NCBI RefSeq assembly: GCF_009914755.1
Contig: NC_060925.1
DNA length: 64,000 nt
Direction: 5' to 3' (one strand)
From: the human T2T-CHM13v2.0 reference genome, Homo sapiens
This document shows, one piece after another, positions 25,433 through 40,990 of this stretch (within the stretch, counting starts at the first letter, position 1; every line of letters starts with the position of its first letter). The notes beneath the pieces were generated by a model. That model was not told the origin of the DNA, ran no database searches, and worked only from the letters and a program-made list of their open reading frames with translations. The position numbers and the translations under genes are program-made.

Positions 25433-27065
25433 TTGAGAGTTATGAAAATAGCAAAAGACGAACAGACATGATCAATTTTTTTTTCATGGAGCTTACGTTC
25501 CACCGTAGAAACAAAAATAAACAAATGAACAGAGTAAATGAGGAAATGACAAGTGCTATGATAAAAATAAAATGGTGTGATGTGTTATGGAGTTATTTCA
25601 GGTTGTATAGTCAGAAAAAAAAAATTCTAAGGAAGAGGCATTTGAACCAAGACTGAGTTTGAGTCAACTTCTTGAAAATCTAGGAAAAGTATTTCAGAAA
25701 AAATAGTCCAAGATCCTACTTAGTGAGGACAGTGGATCATAAAATGAGATGAGGTCAGAGACATCAGCAGGAATTTGAGCAGACAGGCCTTTGTAAATAA
25801 GAGTTAGGATTTTATTCTGAGGGTTATTGTGTATAATTGAAGATTTTCAAGCAGGTGAGAAATAGAATGTGATTTCAGAAGTTCCTGTGCATATCATATA
25901 GAGACTGGGCACAGGCTGGGAGAATAGGAACAGAAAGAAAATGCTAAAGCCATTTAAAAGTCATTTCAGTTGTCAACAGAAGACTAGATGGTAGGATTAC
26001 AGAGGAAAAGAGTGCACAATTTTAGGTCTACAGAACATAGTGACATTCTATATGTCATATTGGAGGTAGAAGAAAGAGGAATAAAGATTAACTGTCATGT
26101 TTTGAGGTTGAGCTACTAAATTGTAATGACATTCACTTAGATGGAAAAGACAGGGAAACATTAATGTTGGATTGGAGGATCAAGAACTCTGTTTTAAACA
26201 CTTAATAATTGAGATACTTCTTTCAAATGGATAAGTCACATAGTGTTGGGTCCAAGAGGCTGGAGTTCAGAGTAAAAATCGAGATGAAACTAATGGGTTT
26301 AGTGTGCCCCCGCAGAGACTAAATTTCAAGGCATAAATCTGGGTAAAATTATCCAAGAAAAGAGTAGCAATTAAAAAAAATTTCCAGAAACAAGATTGTC
26401 ATAACATCAATATTTAGAGATTAAGAAAAGGTATTGAAGATAGCAAAAAGAGAAGCAGAAGTAACTAGTTAGGGAAAATAAAGCCAAAAGAACTTAGTAT
26501 TATAGAATACATAAGATAAGGTTTCAAGGGCAAGGGAATCATTTACTCTGTCAAAGTTGCTGAAATCTAGTAAAATAAAAGAGAAAAATGAACCTCAGAC
26601 TTTGGCAAACTAGTGATTATTAGAGACGATGGTATGAACAGTTTCAGTAGAGTAGTAACCAAGGAAGTTTGATTAAAGTGAGTTGAGGTGAGGATTAAAA
26701 AATGGTAGAATAGAGAGCACTTACATGGATAACTCTTTCAAAAATTTTTGCTATGAAAGATGAGCAGCAAAAGGAGGATACAGCTGAAGTGGGACATGAC
26801 CTCAAAGAAAGATCACATCAAGAATCATGATATTAAGGCATATTTGAATGCCAATGATAATGTTGCATTTATATACTGATGTTGGTAATATGAGAGAAAT
26901 ATGATAATTTAAAGACTGGAATTTTTGAGAAAGTTAGGGGCAAAAGGAACCAGGGTGTTTATGGAAGGGGTGGACTGTGATTGGAGCAGGGCTATGTCAT
27001 CCATTTTAACAAAAGGAAAACAAAGAGTATGAAGCAGACAGATGAGCTAGTAAGATTGGCACTGA
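25433..27065 (-). mobile_element. Long decayed L2 (continues at about 29997-30370 beyond the L1)
   Basis: ttcatggagcttacgttc, ggattttattctgagg, ttttcaagcaggtg, ggaggatcaagaactctgttttaaacac and similar typical antisense L2 motifs. Confidence 0.75.
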
Positions 27066-29982
<2,917 letters not shown>

Positions 29983-30759
29983 AAGATTGGTCCTGAGAGG
30001 GTGTTTCTTTCTGATATTTTTCTCCAAGAATTATGACGAGGAGTCATTCCTTAAAACTGAGAGTGGGGGAAGGGTGTGAGATGTTTTAGGGAAGAGCTGA
30101 TGCTATGAAACCTTCACTTGGAGAGAGGGAAAGGGAATGCATAATGGCTGCCAAGCAGTACTGGGAGTCTATTTGAATTATGTGAATATGAATTTAAAGT
30201 GTAATACTTGTGGGATTTTTAAATCTTTTTTGAGCAAATTTCAGTGCCTCTGGAGCAGGCACTATATAGACAGATGATTTAACAAGGACTGGACTTTTGC
30301 TGGCCAAGTATAAAAGGGACAAGTAGGAGGATTAAAGATGTTCATAAGGTAGTGTGTCATAATTGGGGGGTCAATAGAAGATATAAAGACTTTCCATTAA
30401 CAAGGGAGTATATAAAGCTTTAATTTCCAAATATTTAGATTTTACAAGTAACTTTATTTTTCATATTGGAAACTCACAAAGGGTTCTGTTTTTTCTCCCT
30501 AAGATCCTCTAAAAAAACAAAAAACTCAATTTATTATCATCATGATCATTTCATATTTCAAAATAAAGACCAAAGACTAGGGAGGACACAACTTCAGGAT
30601 AAAAGGCAGCCTTTCAAATTAAATTTAATTAAATAAACTTAGTTTTCTAGAACACTCAAAATATTGTTCTTATTATATTATTGATGAGTAGAAATTATTC
30701 ACGGACCAGTACAATGTCACTGACAATTACTTGGCAATCACAGGTGTACACTATAGATA

Positions 30760-31015
30760 CAGAATCAGAAAGACATAATCCTAGGTCCTGGTTCTGACAG
30801 CTATCACCTATGTGATCTTGGAGAAATTGCATAATTTTTGTGAACCTCTGCAAAATGAGGTATCTTATCCATACATTTCAATAAGGTATTTCATCTATAC
30901 ATTGCAATAACTACTACCACACAACATTCTATGAATATCAAATTTGATCACATATGTAAAGTGCCTCATATAATGCCTGGAGTATATCAAACACTCTTAT
31001 GATATCATTTGTTAT
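30760..31015 (+). mobile_element. MIR SINE
   Basis: agaatcagaaagac...cctatgtgatcttggagaaattgc...tgaacctctgcaaaatgagg...tatgtaaagtgcctcatataatgcctgg. Confidence 0.75.
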
Positions 31016-31029
31016 GATGATTGACTTAA

Positions 31030-31690
31030 AATCATGAGGTTCATAAATTTGGAGAGGAGACTTTAATTCTTATGAAGTGTTCCAGCCTGTAAGTTGGCCA
31101 TCTTGACAGGCTGGGAAGTGGCAGAGACCAAAAGCGAGCACTTTGAGGATGGGGAGTGGAAAAATAATTTATGTTGAATGAGTTGGCCAAGTATAAATTT
31201 TCAGCAGATTATAGTAGAAGCTATGAGTATTCACAAAGAGGGGGGATGTGCACAGGTGTAGTACGCAAACATGCATGTTACGTATGTCTCATGCTCACTT
31301 CGGGGTGGAGATCTAACACTTTAATGCATTACAATTAGGCCCTATATATCAGAAGATGAAGCAGGAACATGAAGGCACTCAAGTGCACAGCCTCTGTAAA
31401 CCGGCCAGAACCAGTCCATGGCCAGTGGTTTATCAGGAGAAAGTTACTGAAATCAGTCTCTTGTCCAATCAAAGTTGTAATTATGTCTTGCGGAACTAGT
31501 TATGGCTTGTCAGTTAGTCAGTGTCACATTTGGTGAGCTGCAATTGTTTTAATATTGTTTATCTCACTGCCAGAGGAAAAAAAAATCTTGTAGTTAGAAC
31601 ACAGCTTATTCTTTAAGTGAAGTGGTATGCAAATTAACCCTTGCCTGTCATGGCCTTGTGCCCTGTTTTAACATTCTCCTTTTTACCCTC
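31030..31690 (-). mobile_element. ERV1 (MER4-group, MER66/MER83-like) LTR
   Basis: Motifs catgcatgttacgtatgtctcatgctcacttcggggtggaga, ccggccagaaccagtccatgg and attaacccttgcctgtcatggccttg recall MER4-group LTRs. Subfamily uncertain. Confidence 0.55.
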
Positions 31691-32489
31691 TGTGAAACTG
31701 CTATTAAAACTGAGTTGTATCCCTTATAATCTTTTCATCCTTATCTTTAGTGTCTCTTATAAAAGAAATCAGACCACAAACTCCTTTAAGGTATTTATCA
31801 ACTCTGTTGAAACAGGGCAGGTCTCCTCTTATTAAGACAAAAAGACTGAAGTAACAGTATCTGTACCTATTTTACATTTGCTTCCAAAGTGATAATTTAA
31901 TATTCAGTTAGAATTAATATATAATCCCAACTTTTGGTTTAAATCTCTACCCTGTCAATGGGTTTTACTTTTGTAACTGTTTTTAAAAACAAAATAATAT
32001 TTGTCCTTTATTGCGGGTTAATTAAAATTTATATTTAGTTCCAAGATTCCAAAGATGAAAATTAGAGAATGGAAGAGATGATCTTTCATATGTCAGTCAG
32101 AAGTCTAGTGGATCCTAGAATGAATTTTGACCTTCTCCTGAGTAAATATCTTTCAGGACCTTACAAAGTTGGTCAACCAGCTTTGACCGATATATACACA
32201 ATAAGAATTCTCAACATTTGCTTGTTCATTTCGGATTGGAGATTGGAACCTTTTATGTTAACTTGGAATTGCAGCTAAAACCTTAAAGTTCACTCAAAAG
32301 AAACTAGTCAAACATATACCTCCAGGACTACCTAACCAATATCCTTATAAAACCACCCTGTCTGACCTATTCATGTAGAAGCCTAGGGAGAATTTTGAGG
32401 AATTTCTACAAGTAAGAGTTACCTAATTAGAGAAAGAATGCAATGGGAAGGGGGTACTTCCACAGGCAGGTAATGAGCCCCTCCAGGAA

Positions 32490-33727
32490 AAACTGCTCAC
32501 AGAGACTGGGTTGCCTACAAGTGCACTTTTTGTGACACGAAATGCTGTGTGTTTCCAAAAACAACCAATTCTCCAATCTTCCAATACCAACTGAGCATTC
32601 CACAACTCAATTCAATTTTGACACTATCTACCCAGAACTAGAGCAGACCGCACAGGTTAAGGGGTCGGTTCCAGAGAACTACCCCCTCTTCAGATGCCAG
32701 CTGCAAAGGGATTGCTCAGGCTATCCACACTACATCCACCGACTACAAATTTGGGGGTTCCCCCTATGCTCTCCTCAGGATCAACAATTCACTAGAACAA
32801 CTTACAGAGCTCAGGAAAGCACTTTATCTATGACTACTAGTTTTTTTAAAGGATACAACTCAGGAACAGCCAAATGGAAGAGCTGTGTAGGGCAAGGTAT
32901 TGGGAAAGGGGTACAGAGGTTCCATGCCTCTCCAGGCACACCACCCTCCAAGCACATTGATGTGTTCACCAACCTGGAAGCTCTCTATTCCTGCCATTGT
33001 TAAGAATAAATAAAGTTCTCATTACTTAGCCATGATTAATTAAATCATCAATCAATGGCAATTGAACTCAATCGCCATCCCTCTCTCATCCCTGGAGGTT
33101 GAGAATAGGCCTGAAAGTTCTAACCCTCTTATCACATGGTTGGTTTTTCTGGAGAGCAGCCCCTGTTCTGAAGCTATCTAGGGCCCTCAAGAGTTGTTTC
33201 ATTACTATACACAAACAGTAAGCTCTAAGGTTTTAAAGAGTTTTGTGCCAGGAACTGGGGACACAGACCAAATATATATATATATATAAAAAATATATAT
33301 ACATATATAAAATATATATAAAATATATATAAAATATATAAATATATATTAAATATATATAAATATATATAAATATGTATTAAATATATATAAATATATA
33401 TAAATATGTATTAAATATATATAATATATATATAAATATATATTTATATATATTTAATATATATAAATATATATTAAATATATATAAATATATATAAATA
33501 TATATTTAATATATATAAATATATATATTAAATATATATAAATATATATTAAATATATATAAATACATATAAATATATATTAAATATATATAAATATATA
33601 TTAAATATATATAAATATATATAAATATATATTAAATATATATAAATATATATAAATATATTAAATATATATAAATATATATAAATATATATTAAATATA
33701 TATAAATATATATATTTTAGTATATCA
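32490..33727 (-). mobile_element. MER21-like LTR interrupted near its end by an AT-rich repeat
   Basis: caattcaattttgacactatctacccag, aaaggatacaactcaggaacagccaaatggaagag, tgttcaccaacctggaagctct, gtgccaggaactggggacacagaccaaatata...tatatcac. Confidence 0.8.
33271..33716. repeat. About 445-bp nearly pure A/T minisatellite (AAATATATAT/TAAATATATAT units)
   Basis: Directly visible; only a handful of C/G bases. Confidence 0.97.
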
Positions 33728-33976
33728 CTCTGCAAGAAAAGAAAACTGGCGTTTTATTTTGCTTTGCACATTTGCCAGGCAGTGACCTGATGACTTGCCC
33801 TCATGACACTTCCAGAAAGGAGCACTTCTGGTAAGACAGAGAGGAAGCACTGAGCTTTTGTTCCCTTCCCTGAGGAAAGGGAAAATAGGAATTAATAAGA
33901 CCTCATTTGATGGCAGTGAACATAGTTTATTCTTCAATAAATTGGCTATTAATTATATATAATTAATAATATATGT

Positions 33977-33979
<3 letters not shown>

Positions 33980-34036
<57 letters not shown>
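33980..34036. repeat. (TA)n microsatellite
   Basis: Uninterrupted TA run of about 28 units. Confidence 0.97.
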
Positions 34037-34038
<2 letters not shown>

Positions 34039-34039
34039 G

Positions 34040-34350
34040 CCTATTAAGCCAAACACTCTTCTAGTCATGCCGGACACAACTGAAAGCAGAAGAAAGTCCC
34101 TGTTCTGTTCAGGGAGTATACTGTACGTTGTGGAGGAGATGGACAATAAGCATGGGAGCACATAAATGTCATGGTTTTAAAGGTGGTTGCTATAAAGGAA
34201 AAAAAAGGAAGAAAACAAAACACAACACAACAAAACAGGGTAATGGGGCAGGATGGGGGATGGAGTTATTTTAGAGAAGCCCTCACTGTGGAACTGATAT
34301 TTGAGCAGAGTTTCCAGTGAAATGTAGAGAGGCAAGCCACATAAAAATCC
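34040..34350 (-). mobile_element. L2 fragment
   Basis: atgcctattaagccaaacactcttctag...aaagtccctgttctgttcagggagtatactg...gatatttgagcagag. Confidence 0.65.
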
Positions 34351-35449
34351 AGTGGGCTTATTTTGCTTTTTATCAAAACAGAAATGAATACACAGACTTT
34401 AAAATAACAAAAGAAGAATTTCAAGCTATAGTAATGATAGTTGAAAAAGTAGAAAAAAAGAGTTTGGGTAGTCTAATTGTCTGGTAAGCATGCCTTGTTT
34501 ACATTTCATCAGCAACCCTTCTTTATGTAGCAATCAGAACAAGAATAAAGAACATGCATTCAATTTTTTGACTTTCACACAGACTAATGGTTTACAAGAA
34601 GTTATTTTTTAAATCATGCAGACTATCTATTGCCTTCTAATCAATATGTGGAAATCAATGATCCAATGATGTCTAATGAAATTTGAGGGATGTAATGCTT
34701 CTCTTAGTTCTTTAAATGAGAAAGCTTGAATTACATGGATCGATAGACAATGATCCAAACTGCCCTTTCTGGCAGGCAGCCTGACTGAGCAGAAGAATAT
34801 ATCCAACTAAAGAACTGGGTTTACAGGCACTTGGTAGAACTGCTTTCTCTTTTAAAATCCACTAAGTGGTTTGCTTTCTTTCGGTTATGACATTTCTCTT
34901 ATTTGAATGGTAGTCAATTTTGGATTTGACTTTTGACCATACCGCACTGTCTGCTACTTTAGAACAGGAGCTGAGCTCTAATAATTGTTTTACTTCTCAC
35001 CCAGCACATTAAGTATAAATAAATATTTGCCTTGTTCCTTAAATTCTAGCTTTAATAGACAATACATTTAAATTGTTCAATAACTAAAATTAAAAAAAGT
35101 ACACATTGAAAGCCCTTACTCCCATCCCTGACTCTATCCCTTCAATGCCCACCTGTTCCCCCAACTATGCCCAGTAGTTAATGACTTTCTTGGATATATT
35201 TTAAGTGTTTCTTCATGCTAATGTATCCAAATTAAAATAAATAACCTTAAACTCTTTTATTCAAGTCTTACACAAAAATAAACAGCCGATATACTGTTTT
35301 GCTCTTGACAGTTTTTTCATTTAATAATGTGTCTTTCTATATCAATACATTGAGAACATCTTTGTACTCTGTTGTAGCTGCATGGTATTATTTATTTGTG
35401 GCTATATTTCTGCCATCATAAACTGTCTTGTAATCAATAACCTTTTGCT

Positions 35450-35967
35450 TTGTGGTAGGCAGAATTCTAAAATGACCACCAATGACCCATGCCTTTTTAT
35501 AATTCCTTAGCCTTTGAGTGTGGCAGGAACTGGTGATTGTGATAGAATATCACTTTTCTGATTAGGTTACATTATAAGGCACATTTGCCTTAAGAATTAT
35601 CCTAGGTAGGCCTGATCTAACCAGGTAAGCCCTTGAAAGAGGAGATTCTCCATGGCTGGTTTTAAAGATAGAAGGACACAGGACAAGGAAAGTAGACAAT
35701 CGTTACTTGCTGAGAGCAACCACCAGCTCACAACTCCCAAGAAAATGGAGACCTTAGTCCTACAACTGCAAAAAAGTGAATTCTGCCAACATCCTGAAGG
35801 TGCTTTGATGAAGACCCCAAGCTCCAGATGACACAGCCCAGCCAACACATTGATTTCAACCTATGACACATAAGCAGAAAATCTAGTTATGCCTGGAATT
35901 CTGCCCTATAAAAACTGTGAGATAATGAACTTGTGTTGCCTTAAGCCATTAAGTTTGTGGTAATTTG
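35450..35967 (+). mobile_element. MLT1E/F-like LTR
   Basis: tgtggtaggcagaattctaaaatgacc...aactgtgagataatgaacttgtgttgccttaagccattaagtttgtggtaatttg. Confidence 0.85.
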
Positions 35968-36644
35968 AATATATGGCTCCTCTTTTTCCATTTCCCTGGA
36001 TATTCTTACTTGCTTAGATTTTTTCAATAAGCTTTTTAGAATCAATTTTTATAGCTCCAGAAAAATGAAACTTGTGATATATTTTTAATTAACTTAGGAA
36101 CAACTGATGTCTTTTTTATTTTGAGCATTTCTAATTTAAGAACATATTAATTCTGCCTATTTTTTACATCTACTTTTATTGAACAGAGGAAAATATCTGT
36201 GAGGTAAGGTGGATTCCCAATTATTTAACATAAGTTTCTTTCCAGGAGATAGTTGAGTTTTCAACTCTACACAAGGAGATAGGTCAAAGTACCATCTTCT
36301 TCCAATGAAATGTAGATGGTGTCTTGTGAGGATGTTTTGTGTGTGCATATGAAAGAGGAAAAAAAATGAAGGAAAAATGAAGGGAATAGGGAAGAATAGT
36401 GGAAAGAAGGGTGAGGATTTCAGTTATTTCACAGGAGGTTCCTTTTGAATACCAATAATGGAGCCAATCCAGCTACAAATGTTTTGGGAGGAACTCCACT
36501 GGTGTTCTCAAATTCAGGAGACTCTCTGGGGCATAGAGAAAGGCCATTGCCACAATTTCCAAAAGCATGTGTAAAGAGTGACAGACCACCTAACTGTATG
36601 CTCGTTGCCTTGGGCCTTGTCACTGTCTCCAAGAGCTTTCTAAT

Positions 36645-37032
36645 GGATGGGTTAAACAACAGAAAGTTATTGTCTTACACACCTAGAGTCTAGAAATCTA
36701 AATTCAAGGTGCAGCAGCGTTGGTTTCTTCTGAGCGCTGTGAGGATACGTCTGTTTCATGCCTCTCTCCTACCTCCTGGTAGTCTCAGGATTTTTTCAGC
36801 TATGGATGGCATTCTCTCCATGTCTTCACATGATTTTCCCTCCATACATGTCTGTTTCTGGGTCCAAATTTATCCTTTTATATAAGAACACAGACATATT
36901 GGTTAAAGCACATCCTAATGACCTTATCTTAACTTGATCATGTGCAAAGACCCAGTTTCCAAAGACTACCTTCATGGGTACTACAGATTAAGACTTCAGC
37001 ATCTTTGGGGGCACACAATTCAACCCACAACA
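36645..37032 (-). mobile_element. MLT1A/B LTR
   Basis: ttaaacaacagaaagttattgtcttacac...ttggtttcttctgag...gcacacaattcaacccacaaca. Confidence 0.85.
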
Positions 37033-38726
37033 GGTCTCCTCAGTGGATTTTACACAAATATCCCGTCCTAATTCTAATAAAAACATGGCAAGTTATTTTT
37101 TAAAACCTTTTCTAACTCTACCACCTTGTAACTAAAAGACCCATGTGATTTGTTTTAAAAAGATATCTAAAATGATAAAAAGTTAACTTTCATAAGTCTG
37201 AGGCTCTTCACAATTCTTAAATGGTAGGTTCAACATAAAATTATAGACGGTCATGTTTTCTTAAATAAATTTCTGACTCATCTAATTCTTGGGGAGAAAA
37301 ATTAAACAGACAAAATTAACTCCAAACCTGTCAATTGCCAAGATACTTGAAAATAAAAAAGCTTAATTTTACCTTATTGCATTACTTGAAATTTAGTTAG
37401 CATTTCAGGGGGAAGGTAAACGTGAATTTTTATGAGTCTTTTAGAGCTTAATGAGTTTTATTTCTTAAGTAAACCTTTATCAGAGGAAATTAACATCTTA
37501 CAAGATTTTAAATGGAACAAAAGCAAAATCAAAAGCTAGTGTTGGTAAAGTTCACAGCCTTAAACATTATCACTTAATAATTTGTTACCATATGCTGGAG
37601 ATCCATTATACCTCTGGTTGCAGCTTTTGAGAGCAGACTTACCTACTTCTAAAAATAATCAATTATTTATAATGCCTTGGAATAAAATATTAATCTATAT
37701 ACAATCTAATGAGAAATATATTGTCCTTTATATTCTTTTTCATTCTGTTGCTCTTAATTTAAACTTTTTATCTCTTTTTTCTTTTCTTGTTTCTTTCTTT
37801 TCATCTGTTTTTTGTTTTTTTTTCTTTGGTAGGGGGGTGGAGGTGCCTTTGAAAGAGATGAACATTGTAATCTAGGCTTGAGGAAAAGAGAAGAAAGAAG
37901 GAATGAACTTGGAAGGAAGACAAAGTCCATTTGTCTTCTTAGTAACTGTAATTCTACTCTTTTCTTCTGTATGCAGGCAAAACATTTTAGCTTTTCTCTG
38001 TTTTCATGAAAAGACTGATTGGATGAAAGCCTAAAACAGCTTCTCTCTTTCTCCTTTCCTCTCTTGCATTCTCCTCTGGCTTTACCTCCCTCTTCCACTA
38101 CTGTATCTAATGACCTTGCCACAGGAGCTACAATCAGCCATAAAGCGTATCCTTACTGGAATCACCTGCATATTAAAAATATCATCCTGGATTCCACCCT
38201 CATCTTTGAAAATAGAACACGCTTAAGTCTACAGAAATTATGCCAACTCACTCAGCTTAGGAAAGACATCCTATTGTTTTAGTTATCATTATAAAGGCTG
38301 CTATTTTTATCTTTGTTAAATTTTTTATTCTTTTCCTTAAGCATGTTTGTAGAGTGTTAAAGTAAAGGGAGAAAGATAATCAAGCCAGCCAAAGTGAGCA
38401 GGTTTCTCTATGAAGCAAGTAGAAGGTGGCATGACTGCTCAGATATTCTTTGTAGGGCAGTTGCAATAGGAAGATAGTCCTGGTATAGCCTTAGTGTAAA
38501 CATAACATCAGATCACAAGAAAAGGATATATAGAGATCCTCTGTTTAGGTCAAAGCTCCACAGATGAATAACCTGAGGTCACAATCTTGCAAACAGTGGC
38601 TGTTGAGGGTCCACTGATTACCACCAGTACACTTTCTCTCCTACTACCTTTTAGCAACAGAAGCTTCCAAATTTTGGCTTGGCATTTGACTTCATAGCTA
38701 TAGTCTACATTTCAAAACTTCTTTAA

Positions 38727-40990
38727 TTAGTTTTCTATTTTTGCCATAATAAATTATCACAAATATATTGGCTTAAAATAACACACATGTATTATCTCAT
38801 AGTTCTATAGATAAGAAGTCCAGGTGGACTCAGCTGGATTTTTAATTTTTTAATGAACATATAATAATTGTACATATTTATGGTGTCACATACTGATATT
38901 TTCATACATGTAATGTATAGTGATCAGATCAAGGTAATTACCATATCCATCACTTAAACAGTTATCATTTCTTTATGTTGAGAACATTCAATATCCTCCT
39001 TGTTGCTATTTGAAATTATATGTCATTGTTAACGATAGTCATCCTACTGTGCTATAGAACATTATAACTTATTCTTATCTAGTTGTAATCAGTTAACAAA
39101 TCTCTCTCTATTTCTCACTTCTCCCTACCCTTCCCAGCCTCTTGTATTCTCTATTCTATGTTTTACTTCTATGAGATTAACTTTCTTTAGCTCTCATATA
39201 TAAATCAGAACATGTTGTGTTTAACTTTCTGTTTCTGGCTTATTTCACTTAACATAATATTCTCTGGTTCCATCCATGCTACTACAAACTACAGCATTTC
39301 ATTCTCTTTTATTGCTGAATACTATTCCATTTTGTGTATATACCACATTGTCTTTATCCATTCATTTGTTGTTGGACTCTTAGGACGATTCCATATCTTG
39401 GCTATTATGACTAGTACGACAATAAACATGGGAGTGCAGATGTCTTTTCAATATACTGATTTCCTTTTTTTTTTTTTGGATAAATGCTCAGTAGTGGGAT
39501 TGTTGGATCATATGTTATTCTACTGGTAGTTTTTGAGGAATCTCCATACTGTACTCCATAGTGGTTGCACTACTTTATATTTCCACAACAGTGTATAAGA
39601 ATTCACTTTTCTCTAGTTCCTGGTCAGCATTTGCTATTTTTTGTCTTTTTGATAATAGCCATCCTAATTGCTGTGAGATAATTGCTCATTGTGGGTTTTC
39701 TTTGCGTTTCCCTGGTGATTAGCGATGTTGAGTATTTTTTATTTATTTGTTGGCAATTTTTTTGTTTTCTTTTGAGAAATGTCCATTCAGATGATTTGTC
39801 TATTTTTTCTGGATATGAATTCCCTGTTAAATGAATAGTTTACAAATATTTTCTCCTATTACGTAGGTCACCTTTTCACTCTGTTGATTGTTTTACTCTG
39901 AGCTTTGCAGAAGCTTTTCTATTTAATATGATCCCATTTATTTATTTTTGCTTTTGTTGTTTCTGCTTTTGAGATCCTATTCAAAAATCTTTATCCAGAA
40001 CAATGTCCTGAAGCATTTTTCCTATGTTTTTTTTTCTAGTCATTTTATAGTTTCAGGCCTTACATTTAGACCTTTGATCATTTTGAGGTGATTTTTATAA
40101 AGAGCGAGAGGTGGGGATGGGGTCTAATTTCATTCTTTTGCAGATGGATATCCAGTTTTCCCAGCACTCCTAATTGAAAAGACTATAATTTCCCCAGTGA
40201 GTGTTCTTGGCATCTTTGTCAAAAATCAATTGACTGTAGATATATGGATTCATTTCTGGGTTCTCTATTCTGTTCCCTTTTTCTATATGTCTGTTTTTAT
40301 GCTACTTTGGTTACTATAGCTTTGTAGTATATTTCGATGTTAGGTAATGTGATATCTATAGTTCTGTTATTTTTGCTCGGGATTGTTTTGGCTATTTGGG
40401 ACCTTTTGTGATTCCATACAAATTTTAATTTTTTTTATTTCTCTGAAGAATGTTATTGGTATTAGGATAGAGACTGCATTGACTCTATAGATTGCTTTGT
40501 GTAGTATGTATGGTCATTAAAAATATTAATTCTTCCAATCCATGAGCATGAGATGTCATTTCATTTGTTTGTATATTGACTCAGGGCCTCACAATGCCAA
40601 AATTAAACTGGTGGGTGAGCTGGGATCTTACTGAGAGCCTCTGAGGAAGAGCCAGTCTTATTCAGATTGTGGGCAGAATTTAGCTCCTTTTGGCTGTTAA
40701 AACTGAGGTCTCTGTTATCTTGATATGCGGACTCTTCACTTTCAATCTGACAATGGCATGATGAATCCTTTTCATGTTTTGGAACCCTGACTTCCACTTC
40801 TGCTACCACCAGAGAAAGAACTCTGCTATTAAGGGCTCCTGTGGTTACATTAGGACCAACCAGATAATCTAGGGTAATTTTACAGTGAGTGGACTAGTAA
40901 CATTAATTATATCCCTTTTGCCATATAATGAAACATACTCATTGGCATAACACTGGGGAAAGTTCATGGGGTACCACATGCTGCCTACCA
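38727..40990 (-). mobile_element. MLT1E/F-like LTR split by an L1MA (parts 38727-38840 and 40578-40990)
   Basis: ttagttttctatttttgccataataaattatcac...cagctggatt | gactcagggcctcacaatgccaaaatt...ctgcctacca. Confidence 0.75.
38841..40577 (-). mobile_element. 5'-truncated L1MA
   Basis: Antisense L1MA 3' end (ataattgtacatatttatgg...gatcagatcaaggtaatt) running into ORF2-end sequence (ttcttccaatccatgagcatg). Confidence 0.9.

Noticed and set aside
32542-33003. 153-aa ORF
   Set aside because: Lies entirely within a MER21-like LTR with no recognisable domain.
36429-36693. Overlapping ORFs suggesting a processed pseudogene fragment
   Set aside because: No recognisable protein, no poly(A) or TSD, and the 3' part runs into an MLT1.
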